64,000 bases of DNA from the NCBI GenBank assembly GCA_943788195.1, contig CALSPH010000002.1, forward strand, positions 393,054-457,053, in the 5' to 3' direction. Both the position numbers and the translations under genes were made by a program. The DNA is from an uncultured Bacteroidia bacterium. GTDB lineage: Bacteria; Bacteroidota; Bacteroidia; NS11-12g; UBA955. Below, one piece after another: positions 20,586 through 30,639 of this stretch; the first letter of the stretch is position 1; every line of letters begins with the position of its first letter. The notes beneath the pieces were generated by a model. That model searched no databases. It was not told where the DNA came from and worked only from the letters and a program-made list of their open reading frames with translations.

Positions 20586-21476
20586 ATGAACAATCGTTTT
20601 ATTAAAAATAGCCTTAAACTTTTACTACCCTTTTTAATCCTCTTCTTTTCGTACAGCTTTGTGCTCAAGTCGAATAGACTTGCTACCATCCTATTGAGTG
20701 AAGTTGCAGATCAACCCAATATTACTACTCGGATAAAATCCATTGGTGGCCATTCTGGAAAATGCGTTGAGTTAAAAATCACCTCCAAAAAAGATTTTAA
20801 ATTAAAAATCCCAGCCGGAACGCTATACTATCCAGCTGATGAGGGCGAACAAACCTTGGTGGCTCCAATTGCAATGACTTACATAATAAAGAAAAATGTA
20901 CCTCGAACTATTAAAATCGATGGATATTGTACAGAATCATCGGATCGAAGCCCAAAATCGGAAGGTATTTTTAGCTTAGGATTAACTCAGGACACCGCAC
21001 TTCAAACGCTGGTTGATTTTATTAGTAAATATAAGATTCAAGATAAAGGTGCCATACAAGAAGCCGTTTGGTGCGTTACCGATGATGAATCCATTGCCAA
21101 TGTACATTTAGGCGACCCTGCCCAGAACAAAGCCTTAAGGAGTTTACTCGCGAAAGTAACCCGCAAGGAAATCCCTTGGCACAGTGCATCAAGAGAAATT
21201 GAAACTGATGAGGCTGGTAACATCAGCACACGCACAACCACGGTATTTGGAAATATCAGTTTCGCAAACCCAAAGCCAAGAACCATACAAAGCAAGGTGG
21301 TAAATGCAGAAGGAGTTACTAAATTCACGAATGGGAAGAGCCACACCATTCCTATTGCAGATAATGTTAAATTAAATTTCGAAGTAAGTGTGAGCGGTTG
21401 GAAAAAAGGAAATTATAGTGTGATTTATTACGACACCGAAGGGGTTGAAATTCTTAAAAAAGAATTCGTAATATAA
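20586..21476 (+). CDS. hypothetical secreted/membrane-anchored protein
   Basis: ORF with N-terminal hydrophobic segment. No recognised motifs. Confidence 0.35.
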   Translation: MNNRFIKNSLKLLLPFLILFFSYSFVLKSNRLATILLSEVADQPNITTRIKSIGGHSGKCVELKITSKKDFKLKIPAGTLYYPADEGEQTLVAPIAMTYIIKKNVPRTIKIDGYCTESSDRSPKSEGIFSLGLTQDTALQTLVDFISKYKIQDKGAIQEAVWCVTDDESIANVHLGDPAQNKALRSLLAKVTRKEIPWHSASREIETDEAGNISTRTTTVFGNISFANPKPRTIQSKVVNAEGVTKFTNGKSHTIPIADNVKLNFEVSVSGWKKGNYSVIYYDTEGVEILKKEFVI

Positions 21477-21480
21477 ACAA

Positions 21481-21813
21481 CTATTCCTCTTCTGCTGGAG
21501 CAAGCGTAACTCTTAATCCATTCAAATTGGGTTTAATTGGAATTTGACATCCCAATCTGCTTTTATCGTCATCCACAAAAAAGGCTTCATCCAACATGTC
21601 TTGTTCTGCATCACCCATTTCTGGCAATTCATGTTCACTTTCAATATAGACCTGACATGTGGCACACATTGCCATACCCCCACAGGTTGCTTTCACTGGT
21701 AGTTCATATAGGCGCAAGACCTCCATTAAACTTAAATTCATATCTGTAGGGGCTTCAAGAGTGTGCTCTTCTCCCTCCCGATCAACAACGATTATTTCTA
21801 CGGCATCTTCCAT
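21481..21813 (-). CDS. 2Fe-2S ferredoxin (adrenodoxin-type)
   Basis: Cys ligand pattern CGGMAMCATCQ ... LGCQ typical of adrenodoxin-type 2Fe-2S ferredoxins. Confidence 0.75.
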   Translation of the reverse strand: MEDAVEIIVVDREGEEHTLEAPTDMNLSLMEVLRLYELPVKATCGGMAMCATCQVYIESEHELPEMGDAEQDMLDEAFFVDDDKSRLGCQIPIKPNLNGLRVTLAPAEEE

Positions 21814-21815
21814 TA

Positions 21816-22832
21816 TTAAAAACCGTTCACTCCATTAACTGTGGTATATTTTAAGACTAAATTTTTATCTGGATAGATCCGTTTAAACGCTGATTGAACC
21901 ATCAATGTTCCTTCATGAAAACCGCAAAGTATCAGTTTAAGTTTACCAGGATATGTGTTTATATCTCCAATTGCATAAACCCCTTCAAGGTTGGTAGAAT
22001 AATCTGATGTATCCACCACAATGCTATCTTTTTCCAAAGCCAAATCCCAATCACCAATTGGACCCAAAGTCGGTTTCAATCCAAACAATGGAATAAAATA
22101 TTCCGCATCAATAAAGGTTTTTGAATCATCCCCTTTAATCGAAATGCCCACTTTATTTAATTTTTCGGTCCCTTGCAGCTCATCTACTTCTGCATTGGTG
22201 ACCAATTTAATTTTGCCGGTTTCAGCTAGCTTCATCACTTTTTCAACCGAATCCAAGGCTCCTCTAAAACCTGTTCTTCGGTGCACTAGATAAACTTCCT
22301 TGGCGACATCCGCTAAAAATATAGACCAATCCAAGGCCGAGTCGCCTCCACCACTAATTACAACCCGTTGATCTCTATATTTTTCAGGATCCTTTATCAT
22401 ATAATCTACTCCCTTATCTTCGTAATAGTTAATGTTCTCTATCTGAGGTTTTCTTGGGGTAAACACACCTAATCCTCCGGCAACAGCTACATTAGGCGCT
22501 ATGTGTTTGGTACCTGTATTGGTTTCAACACACCATCTACCATCATCCAACTTCGTTAATTTCTCTGCTTTTTCACCTAATGTAAACGCTGGTTTAAAAG
22601 GAGCAATTTGCTCCATTAGGTTTTCGACTAGATCACCCGCTAATATTTCAGGGAAGCCTGGAATATCATAAATGGGTTTCTTGGGGTAAATTTCCGCCAA
22701 TTGCCCACCTGGTATGGGTAATGAATCAATTAAATGACATTTTAGTTTAATCAATCCAGCCTCAAAAACCGTAAATAACCCCACTGGACCTGCCCCGATT
22801 ATTACGATATCTGTTTCAAATGTTTTGCTCAT
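21816..22832 (-). CDS. thioredoxin-reductase-like ferredoxin--NADP+ reductase
   Basis: N-terminal FAD fold IVIIGAGPVGLF and second NAD(P) Rossmann VVISGGGDSALD. 338 aa. Adjacent to and co-oriented with the ferredoxin gene. Confidence 0.7.
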   Translation of the reverse strand: MSKTFETDIVIIGAGPVGLFTVFEAGLIKLKCHLIDSLPIPGGQLAEIYPKKPIYDIPGFPEILAGDLVENLMEQIAPFKPAFTLGEKAEKLTKLDDGRWCVETNTGTKHIAPNVAVAGGLGVFTPRKPQIENINYYEDKGVDYMIKDPEKYRDQRVVISGGGDSALDWSIFLADVAKEVYLVHRRTGFRGALDSVEKVMKLAETGKIKLVTNAEVDELQGTEKLNKVGISIKGDDSKTFIDAEYFIPLFGLKPTLGPIGDWDLALEKDSIVVDTSDYSTNLEGVYAIGDINTYPGKLKLILCGFHEGTLMVQSAFKRIYPDKNLVLKYTTVNGVNGF

Positions 22833-22919
22833 ATTCTCAAATGATGCGCGAAATTACAACCTTTTTAAACCTTTTGTAAGGAAGGCATCATCTAATTTTG
22901 GGATTAACCTCATAAAAAC

Positions 22920-22927
22920 TACTTTTG
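22920..22927 (+). promoter_or_regulatory. putative -7 box TACTTTTG
   Basis: TAnnTTTG match 10 nt upstream of the ATG at 22938. Confidence 0.25.
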
Positions 22928-22937
22928 TTTTCAGGTA

Positions 22938-24965
22938 ATGAACATTGTTTTTTCCAGTCATCTTTTTTGGGTTCCTCTATTGTTTATCAGTAGCTTTTTA
23001 TTGGCCTATTTTTTATATGCTGGTCTAAAGAAACCCAGTTATAAAGTTCTAAAATATCCTGTTTTTCTACTTCTTATATTACGTACCCTAGGATTATTTC
23101 TGCTATCCATTTTATTACTTGCGCCATACCTTAAATATGAAACTAAGGTCAAACATAAACCAGGCATTTCATTCTTGTTAGACGAATCTTTATCGGTAAA
23201 GAACCAAGACAATATTGAAACGTATTATAGTGATTTCATTCGCAAAGCGAAACTGCAACTTAAAGACTATGATTTACGGTTTACCAATTTAAAAGGCGAA
23301 ATCATTCAAGATTCATTGAGACCATCATCCATTGAAACTAACCTATCCGAAGCCATAGAAAACGAAGGCAATCACAGTTCTTTTGACAAGGCCATCGTAC
23401 TTTGTAGTGACGGTATAATAAATGCTGGAGCCAACCCCAATTTCTATCCGCTGTCCATCAATAAACCTATATACACCCTAGGACTTGGAGATACCAATGC
23501 ACTTAAAGATATTAAAGTAAGCAATGCCAAGACGAATGACTTTGTATTACTGGGCAACGACTTCCCGTTGGAGTTTAATATACTTGCCAATGCCTGTAAG
23601 GGAGAACGCATTACGTATCAAGTTACCAATAATGGAGTAAACGTAGGGCAAGGTGCTTTCGAAGTGAATTCAAACCAAGACTTCTATGCCAAGCAGATTA
23701 AAATCGCTGCAAAGCAACCAGGCGTGCAGCGTATTGTAATACAGACCAATGTCCTGAACGATGAAAAGAATAAGGCAAACAACAGCTTAGAGGTTTATGT
23801 AAATGTTTTAGACAATCGCAAAAAAGTGAGCATATTATATCAAGGAGCTCATCCAGATGTCAAAGCCATCCGTACTGCATTAAAAGCGCAGAAAAATTAT
23901 GAATTAACGGTTACGAATTCTACACAAATCGCATTGGAATCTGACGTTATCATCGCTGTACAGGTCCCAAATCGACTATCCGAAGCCAATGCTGGGTATA
24001 ATCTCATCAACAGTAAAAAACCGGTACTCATAGTTGGTGGTGAAATGATGGATTGGAATAAATGGGTGGATGAAATAGGCGAATTACAGGTTAGAACTGC
24101 ACAACCTAATCTGGCTGGATTTAGCTACAATGAAACATTTAATGGATTCTCTACCGAACCTGAAGACCTTGAATTAATGGAACAGTTACCCCCCTTAACC
24201 GTGCCTTTTGCAATTTATCCGAAAAACTTAAACGCAATGTCCTTTCAGATGATTAATGGGATAGCAACCAATTACCCACTCATAGCTACTAGTGCAAAAA
24301 AGCGAAGAGCTGCTATCATATTTGGGGAGGGAATCTGGAGATGGTCGATGCGTGAATATGCTTTGGAAGGCCATCACAACGTAACCGAAAACCTGCTTGA
24401 TCACTTAGTCCAATGGCTTTTATCCGGCCAAGACAAACCATTGTTTTCTATTAGTGCGAGTAAAAGTCGCTTTACAAAAAACGAAAACATATTTCTGAAA
24501 GCAGAGCTATACAATCAAGTATTTGAGCCAATTGTTGATGCCGAAGTGAAAGGCATTCTTACAAAGGATAGTTTTAAGAAAGAAATTATCCTAAGCAATA
24601 ATGGAAGCTATTATACCTACAATTTGGGCGGCTTAGAACCCGGCAATTACCAAGTGGTAGCAAGCACCAAAGGTAAAACGGCCAGTACGGGCTTTTCGGT
24701 GAGTAAAGTTTCACAGGAAGAGCGAATTTTAAAGGCCAATTGGAGTTTGTTATCGCGGTTGAGCGATGATTATAAAGGCTCCTTTTATAGCTACAAGCAA
24801 AATGATTTACTCTTTAATGAACTGAACAACACAATAGATAAAACAGTAGTTGTTAAACACATAAAGAAACTAAAGGACCTTATTCAAATCCCCTACGTGC
24901 TCATGCTCATTGCCTTTCTTTTTGGTTTGGAGTGGATTTTACGTAAATACTATGGAAAACTTTAA
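22938..24965 (+). CDS. membrane-anchored protein with VWA-like (MIDAS DESLS) domain
   Basis: Two N-terminal TM helices and a C-terminal TM helix. DxSxS MIDAS-like motif (LLDESLSV) near the N-terminal extracytoplasmic region. Confidence 0.4.
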   Translation: MNIVFSSHLFWVPLLFISSFLLAYFLYAGLKKPSYKVLKYPVFLLLILRTLGLFLLSILLLAPYLKYETKVKHKPGISFLLDESLSVKNQDNIETYYSDFIRKAKLQLKDYDLRFTNLKGEIIQDSLRPSSIETNLSEAIENEGNHSSFDKAIVLCSDGIINAGANPNFYPLSINKPIYTLGLGDTNALKDIKVSNAKTNDFVLLGNDFPLEFNILANACKGERITYQVTNNGVNVGQGAFEVNSNQDFYAKQIKIAAKQPGVQRIVIQTNVLNDEKNKANNSLEVYVNVLDNRKKVSILYQGAHPDVKAIRTALKAQKNYELTVTNSTQIALESDVIIAVQVPNRLSEANAGYNLINSKKPVLIVGGEMMDWNKWVDEIGELQVRTAQPNLAGFSYNETFNGFSTEPEDLELMEQLPPLTVPFAIYPKNLNAMSFQMINGIATNYPLIATSAKKRRAAIIFGEGIWRWSMREYALEGHHNVTENLLDHLVQWLLSGQDKPLFSISASKSRFTKNENIFLKAELYNQVFEPIVDAEVKGILTKDSFKKEIILSNNGSYYTYNLGGLEPGNYQVVASTKGKTASTGFSVSKVSQEERILKANWSLLSRLSDDYKGSFYSYKQNDLLFNELNNTIDKTVVVKHIKKLKDLIQIPYVLMLIAFLFGLEWILRKYYGKL

Positions 24966-25293
24966 TGATTTAACCCTACCACAACTCCAATCTAAAGTGG
25001 ACGAGTGGATTAAGAAATATGGTGTCAGGTACTTCTCAGAACTAACCAATATGACCATTCTAACCGAAGAGGTTGGAGAATTAGCAAGATTAATGGCTCG
25101 CACCTATGGTGAACAAAGCTTTAAAACATCGGATAAGGAAAGTACCATTAGAGATGAATTGGCAGATATCATTTGGGTTACAATATGCCTTGCAAACCAG
25201 ATGAACATTGACTTAAGCGACTCATTAAAAAATAACTTTGAAAAAAAAACAGCTCGTGATCAGAAGCGTCATATCGAAAATGACAAATTATAG
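24952..25293 (+). CDS. MazG-like nucleotide pyrophosphohydrolase
   Basis: EEVGELARLMAR...ELADIIWVTICLAN alpha-helical NTP-PPase motifs. Start moved to the ATG at 24952, which still overlaps the upstream gene by 14 nt. Confidence 0.65.
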   Translation: MENFNDLTLPQLQSKVDEWIKKYGVRYFSELTNMTILTEEVGELARLMARTYGEQSFKTSDKESTIRDELADIIWVTICLANQMNIDLSDSLKNNFEKKTARDQKRHIENDKL

Positions 25294-25364
25294 ATTCAAA
25301 GTTTTTGGTATTGACTGCGAATACAATTAAATTAGCGCAGAAATTTAAAAATAATAAGCAAAAC

Positions 25365-27545
25365 ATGAAAAAAGTATTACTATCAACTTTGGCGATTTTT
25401 ACTTTTGTGCTCAGTTCAAGTGCACAAAACTATTATGCCGTTAAAGGATCCAACTATGCCCCTGCCGGATATGACTTTCAGAAAACGTTTGAAACAGGTG
25501 TGAACACCTTGTTAAATAAAACGAGTAATGATTTAATGTCTACAGAGCAAACTATTCCATTTTCTTTTAATTTCTATGGAACTCCATACACAAAATTTAA
25601 AGCAAGTGACAATGGTTATCTAACATTTAACACAACTTCAACCACTTCGAAGCCACCCTCATTGACTGCATTGCCCACAGCTCCAGGGCCAAACAATGCT
25701 ATCTATGCTTTTTGGCATGATTTTGAGCTTAAAGCAGCTCCAAATCCTAATTTTGCAGTTAAAGTGGTATCTTATACCACAGGTACTGCTCCTAACCGTG
25801 TGCATCACATACAATGGTTTGGTGTTTCAAGGAAAGGTGCTGCTATCGCAGCTAACTCAGATGTGTATTCATTTGCCGTTTCTTTGCATGAAGGAGCTGA
25901 AGGAAATTTCGACTTAACATATAATGTATACGGTAGCACAGCTCCTTCTGGAATTATCGGTTGTGAAAATAATGGTGGAACCGCTGCTAAAATGTTAGGT
26001 GACGCTGTAACTAATTTTAAAAATGCAACGGGTGCTTCTGGAGATATTGTTTATCGTTTTATTTATGGCACTCAAGCCCCTCTTGATGCGGCAGTAATCT
26101 CTACAGACCTAGAAGGTTTTTATAAAACAGCATCAACAGTAAATATTGCAGCTACAGTAACCAATTTTGGTACAACAGCAATCACTACTTTAGATTTAAA
26201 TTACACCATTGGTGCAGGGGCAACACAAACCACCGCTCTTACCGGTCTTGACATTAAAGCAAATGGTGAAAATGCGGTTAAAGTAACAAGCAATAAGCCT
26301 TGGACAGTAGGCACAGCGGGTGACATTGAAGATGTACGTGTTTGGGTATCTAATCCAAATGCCGGAACAGATGGTAACTTAGCTAATAACGAAATAACTA
26401 GAGCCAATGTAATTAGTGTTAATGGAACAAGCGCACAACGTAACTTGTTGTTTGAAGAAGCCACAGGTGCTTGGTGCCAACATTGCCCTGATGCTGATGT
26501 TTATATGGCTAATCTTCGTTCAACTCACGTTGATCGTATTATTATAGCAAGACACCACAATTCAGATTTAATGACGAATTCCCAATCAGATATATTGAAT
26601 TCAGCTTATGCTGCAGGATATCCTTCTGGATACTTTGATCGTACGAAACAATCAGGTCAAACTAATGTTGGAATATCACGTATATTATGGAACCAAGTTG
26701 CTAATAACAGCCTTAGCGTGAGTACTCCTGCCAAGATTAATGTTACTAATGTGGTTTATAATAACACCACAAGAGTGTTAGACTTTACTATCGAAGCAGA
26801 ATTTGTGGATTACTATGGTGGAGATCTTCGAATTGGTGCAATGATCAAAGAAGATGAGATTAGAGGTAACGGTACAGGTTATAACCAAGTAATTTCTGGT
26901 GTTTATACAGGCAACCCAAGTCATATTTTTAGTGGCAAGAAAAACCCAATGGTTGGCTATCCACACGAAGATGTAATTGTTGCTATTCCTTCAGGTGCAT
27001 GGGGATCACCAGGTTCGGTGCCTACAACAGTAGCACCTGCTCAAAAAGTAACTTTTGACTATAGCTATACTCTGCCTGCGCTTACGACTGCAAACATTCC
27101 AACCACAGCAGAATTTTATCCTGTAGGTACTCAAACCAGCAGAAACAAACCTGCGAACACATGGATTATCGGTTTTATTGCTGAATATGATGCAACGGAT
27201 GATACCAAACGTAAAATCTTGAATGCAAACGAAAGACAAATGTGGAATACAGCTGCAGGTGTAACAACCAATGATATTGCTGCTAACACCTTCACATTGG
27301 TGCCAAATACAGCAAACAACCATGTAGAGATTGCGTTGAATTACAACAATCCTGCAGCCAACAATGCTAAGGTAACCATTACCAACCTTGCAGGACAAAC
27401 CATTGGCACGTATAATATGAATGATTTGAAAACAGGAATGAACACATTAAAAATCAATACATCTGATTTTGCAAATGGAATGTATCTTGTAAATATCACT
27501 GGTACAAAAATGAACTTAACGCAAAAATTAGTGATCGCGCATTAA
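25365..27545 (+). CDS. secreted protein with T9SS C-terminal sorting domain
   Basis: Signal peptide starting at internal Met (MKKVLLSTLAIFTFVLSSSAQ). C-terminal about 80 aa beta-sandwich ending ...GMYLVNITGTKMNLTQKLVIAH, typical of a type-A T9SS CTD. Confidence 0.6.
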   Translation: MKKVLLSTLAIFTFVLSSSAQNYYAVKGSNYAPAGYDFQKTFETGVNTLLNKTSNDLMSTEQTIPFSFNFYGTPYTKFKASDNGYLTFNTTSTTSKPPSLTALPTAPGPNNAIYAFWHDFELKAAPNPNFAVKVVSYTTGTAPNRVHHIQWFGVSRKGAAIAANSDVYSFAVSLHEGAEGNFDLTYNVYGSTAPSGIIGCENNGGTAAKMLGDAVTNFKNATGASGDIVYRFIYGTQAPLDAAVISTDLEGFYKTASTVNIAATVTNFGTTAITTLDLNYTIGAGATQTTALTGLDIKANGENAVKVTSNKPWTVGTAGDIEDVRVWVSNPNAGTDGNLANNEITRANVISVNGTSAQRNLLFEEATGAWCQHCPDADVYMANLRSTHVDRIIIARHHNSDLMTNSQSDILNSAYAAGYPSGYFDRTKQSGQTNVGISRILWNQVANNSLSVSTPAKINVTNVVYNNTTRVLDFTIEAEFVDYYGGDLRIGAMIKEDEIRGNGTGYNQVISGVYTGNPSHIFSGKKNPMVGYPHEDVIVAIPSGAWGSPGSVPTTVAPAQKVTFDYSYTLPALTTANIPTTAEFYPVGTQTSRNKPANTWIIGFIAEYDATDDTKRKILNANERQMWNTAAGVTTNDIAANTFTLVPNTANNHVEIALNYNNPAANNAKVTITNLAGQTIGTYNMNDLKTGMNTLKINTSDFANGMYLVNITGTKMNLTQKLVIAH

Positions 27546-27565
27546 TTATTGACCTTACCATAAAA

Positions 27566-27597
27566 AAGGCCTCCACAAATGTGGAGGCCTTTTTTTA
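27566..27597. terminator. bidirectional rho-independent terminator
   Basis: GGCCTCCAC...GTGGAGGCC perfect 9-bp stem plus T7, between convergent genes. Confidence 0.6.
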
Positions 27598-27617
27598 TAC
27601 CCTTTAAATATTGCGCT

Positions 27618-28421
27618 TTAAAATGGTGAGCCAGGCTCCTTGCTCACATTTTTATAAATCAAATAATCCACGAATTTAGGAACTCTCCTTGAAAGCCAAA
27701 CCACCAATTTACCTTGGGTGGTTAATATGACCTCATCTTTTCGCTTCAGCATCGATTTAAATATGATTTCTGCCACTTTTTCTGCTGACATGACCTTGTT
27801 CTCGTCTATAGGAGTTTCTCCCTGCTTAGAGCCATCGCTAATCAAAGCTTCTCTTCTGATATTACTTTGCGTATAACCCGGACTGGCTTCCATCACATGG
27901 ATATGATATTTTTTGTTTTCTAGTCTAAGCGACTGTAGAAAACCTCTCAAAGCAAATTTACTCGCCGAATAACCCGTTCTTCCAGGTAAACCTCGGTAAC
28001 CAGCAATGCTGCTAATACCGATCACGCTTCCCTTGTTTTTGATAATATGTTCTAAGGCATGGCGGGTGCAATATACACATCCCATAAAATTTACTTGCAT
28101 AAGTTGCTCCATTACACGCATGCTGGTTTCTGCAAAAACAGAACGCATGCTAATGCCTGCATTATTCACTAAAACATCTATTCTTTGGAAATTGGCTACC
28201 GTCTCATTGATTAAATTGATGCAATCATTTTCAATGGCCACATCACATTGTATTGCAATGGCCACTCCACCTAAACGCTTAATTTCTTCAACCAATTCAT
28301 CCAACTTCGCTTTGCTACGCGCTGCTAATGCCACAGCATATCCTTCCTTAGCATATTTAAATGCCAAAGCTTTTCCAATTCCGCTGCTCGCTCCTGTTAT
28401 TATTGAAACTTTTCTTTCCAT
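27618..28421 (-). CDS. SDR-family oxidoreductase
   Basis: TGASSGIGKALA cofactor motif and YSASK catalytic motif. Confidence 0.8.
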   Translation of the reverse strand: MERKVSIITGASSGIGKALAFKYAKEGYAVALAARSKAKLDELVEEIKRLGGVAIAIQCDVAIENDCINLINETVANFQRIDVLVNNAGISMRSVFAETSMRVMEQLMQVNFMGCVYCTRHALEHIIKNKGSVIGISSIAGYRGLPGRTGYSASKFALRGFLQSLRLENKKYHIHVMEASPGYTQSNIRREALISDGSKQGETPIDENKVMSAEKVAEIIFKSMLKRKDEVILTTQGKLVVWLSRRVPKFVDYLIYKNVSKEPGSPF

Positions 28422-28936
28422 TTAACACTGCATCCAGTTGGAGCTTTATAAGGAAAATCAACATCCACACCATCCAATGCATCTTCAATTGCATCTTCTA
28501 GATAGACATGTGTTACCATTTCTGGGGATTCCCAATTATCATCAATTGCACCTTGATACACCAATTCTCGCTTTGAATTAAACACAAAAGCTTCTGGCGT
28601 TTTAGTAGCCCCAAGTTTATGCGTAAACGTTTGTTTATGATCTCTTAAATAAGGGAAGGCCAATTTTTTTTGATCCGCTAAGCGCACCATATTCTCAAAG
28701 TTATCTTGCGGATACGTTACTTCATTGTTTGGATTAATGGCTATCATCGCTAAGCTATCATCCTCATAACGAGCATATAACTTGGTTAACCGCTTCCAAT
28801 AAGCTTGCGCATATGGACAATGATTGCACGTAATAATAATGACCATCGCGAACTTATCAGCAAAATCATATTTGGTATATTTCTTTCCGTCAACACCTTG
28901 CAAAGAAAAATTAAATAACTTTTGACCTGTTTCCAT
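28400..28936 (-). CDS. thioredoxin-fold protein (CxxC)
   Basis: CNHCPY redox motif in a thioredoxin-like fold. Confidence 0.55.
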   Translation of the reverse strand: METGQKLFNFSLQGVDGKKYTKYDFADKFAMVIIITCNHCPYAQAYWKRLTKLYARYEDDSLAMIAINPNNEVTYPQDNFENMVRLADQKKLAFPYLRDHKQTFTHKLGATKTPEAFVFNSKRELVYQGAIDDNWESPEMVTHVYLEDAIEDALDGVDVDFPYKAPTGCSVKWKEKFQ

Positions 28937-29000
28937 TTTAGCTTGGTTATTTTTGCAAACCTAATTAATAATTCGCATTATTATAAACCAAATTAGTCCA

Positions 29001-30098
29001 ATGAGTATCGAAATAAAGGAAGTTAGCCAGGCAGAAGAAAATGCATTTATTCAGCTGCCCTATGCCATCTATAAAAACAACCCCGATTTTATCCCGCATA
29101 TTGAGTCAGATATTGCAGCAACATTTGATCCCTCCAAAAACAATTATTTTGAGGAAGGCCAAATTAAACGCTGGCTGGCCTATCAGAATAATCAATGTGT
29201 TGGGCGCATTGCAGCCGGATTCAAACCGAATGAAGAAGATGGAAGAATTGGATTCTTTGAATGCATTGATGATCAAAGTGTTTGTGACCAACTTTTTACG
29301 GTAGCCGAAAAATGGCTCAAATCAGCAGGCAAACAAAGAGTTCAAGCACCCGTTAATTTTGGGAGTCGCGACAGCTTTTGGGGACTAATGATCACCGGAT
29401 TTAAGCGACCCAGTTATCGCGAAAGCTTTAATCCAAGGTATTATCAAACATTAATTGAAAATCAGGGTTATGTTGAAGATTTTAAGCAAACCACATCAGA
29501 AATCGACCCTAAAATATTTAACCATGAGCGCTTTAGTAAGTTAGCAGGGCGCGTGTTGCAAAATGATGCCTATGAATTTAAACATTTGGATTACAGCAAA
29601 ATAGATCAATTTGCAGATGACTTTGTTTACATCTATAATAAAGCCTGGGAAAACCATGATTTCTTTAAACCGCTAAAAAAAGAAGCATTATTGTTAGAAA
29701 TGAAAAAGATGAAACCCATAGCACCGGAAAAGTATAATTGGTTTGTATATGCCAATGGTGAACCGGCAGGTTTCTATATCAATGTGTTGGATGTAAATCA
29801 AGCTTTTAAGCATGTAAATGGGAAACTCAATCTCATTGGTAAGCTTAAATTTTTATGGTATCGAAAGAAAATTGATCGCATTCGTGGGATTGTTTTTGGC
29901 GTAATACCTGCTTATCACAATAAAGGATTGGAAACTGGCATGATTATGAATTTTTATGATTCCATTAGCGAACAAAGCCAATTAAAGAGTGCAGAGCTGT
30001 CATGGATTGGCGACTTTAATCCAAAGATGCAAAGCATGTTTAACAGTTTGGGAGCGGTTACATCAAAGGAACACATGACCTATGCTAAACAAATTTAA
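29001..30098 (+). CDS. hypothetical protein (possible GNAT-like fold)
   Basis: ORF only. No integrase or recombinase motifs despite its position beside the tRNA. Confidence 0.35.
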   Translation: MSIEIKEVSQAEENAFIQLPYAIYKNNPDFIPHIESDIAATFDPSKNNYFEEGQIKRWLAYQNNQCVGRIAAGFKPNEEDGRIGFFECIDDQSVCDQLFTVAEKWLKSAGKQRVQAPVNFGSRDSFWGLMITGFKRPSYRESFNPRYYQTLIENQGYVEDFKQTTSEIDPKIFNHERFSKLAGRVLQNDAYEFKHLDYSKIDQFADDFVYIYNKAWENHDFFKPLKKEALLLEMKKMKPIAPEKYNWFVYANGEPAGFYINVLDVNQAFKHVNGKLNLIGKLKFLWYRKKIDRIRGIVFGVIPAYHNKGLETGMIMNFYDSISEQSQLKSAELSWIGDFNPKMQSMFNSLGAVTSKEHMTYAKQI

Positions 30099-30178
30099 AA
30101 TTTTCTTGTTAGATGTAAAATAATATTTAGATTTGCACCCTCGTTAGAGAAACACGTTCTTAATAACGATTATAATAT

Positions 30179-30251
30179 GATTCCTTAGCTCAGCTGGTAG
30201 AGCATATCCCTTTTAAGGATAGGGTCCTGGGTTCGAACCCCAGAGGGATCA
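30179..30251 (+). tRNA. tRNA-Lys (anticodon TTT)
   Basis: Manual cloverleaf: acceptor GATTCCT/AGGGATC (one G-U), D-arm GCTC/GAGC, anticodon stem TATCC/GGATA with loop CTTTTAA, T-arm CTGGG-TTCGAAC-CCCAG, discriminator A. Confidence 0.85.
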
Positions 30252-30257
30252 CAAAAT
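30239..30257 (+). repeat. attL-like core: CCCAGAGGGATCACAAAAT at the tRNA-Lys 3' end, directly repeated at 41249-41267
   Basis: Exact 19-bp match between the 3' part of tRNA-Lys (T-stem 3' half, acceptor 3' half, discriminator and 6 nt downstream) and a site about 11 kb downstream. Confidence 0.6.
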
Positions 30258-30258
30258 A

Positions 30259-30298
30259 AAAACGCAACCAACTATTAATTAAGTGGTTGCGTTTTTTT
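30259..30298 (+). terminator. rho-independent terminator after tRNA-Lys
   Basis: AACGCAACCA...TGGTTGCGTT stem plus T7. Confidence 0.5.
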
Positions 30299-30567
30299 AT
30301 GCGCTTTATTTGTACGATTTCTGTATTGTAGAGGTGCTTTAATCACTTTTCGCTCTTTAAAGATATTATATTCTAATTAAGGATTACTAAAAGTATTAAG
30401 TTTTATTCCTTAAAAATAACTTCATTATAATACTTCTTAGATGGTCTATACCACCAGGGTCGATTAGGGTGGGTAAGTATTAAACCAATTCCAATTAGTT
30501 TTTTTAAAATTAGCATAAACTACTAAATACACATACTACTATCTCCAGAGAATATTCGGCTACACTG

Positions 30568-30639
30568 CACATAAGCAGATAAGGGAAATAAACTCCATGT
30601 CCAAACTATTAGACATGGAGTTTATCTACTAGTTATGGG
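30568..30639 (+). repeat. attC-like imperfect palindrome A (CACATAAGC ... AGTTATGGGC), containing a perfect 13-bp inverted repeat
   Basis: TAAACTCCATGTC-(10 nt)-GACATGGAGTTTA palindrome flanked by CATAAG / GTTATGGG termini. The downstream ORF's ATG lies inside the GTTATGGG motif. Confidence 0.4.

Noticed and set aside
29001-30098. Gene beside tRNA-Lys as candidate island integrase
   Set aside because: It lies outside the island on the 5' side of the tRNA and has no tyrosine or serine recombinase motifs. It looks like a GNAT-like hypothetical.
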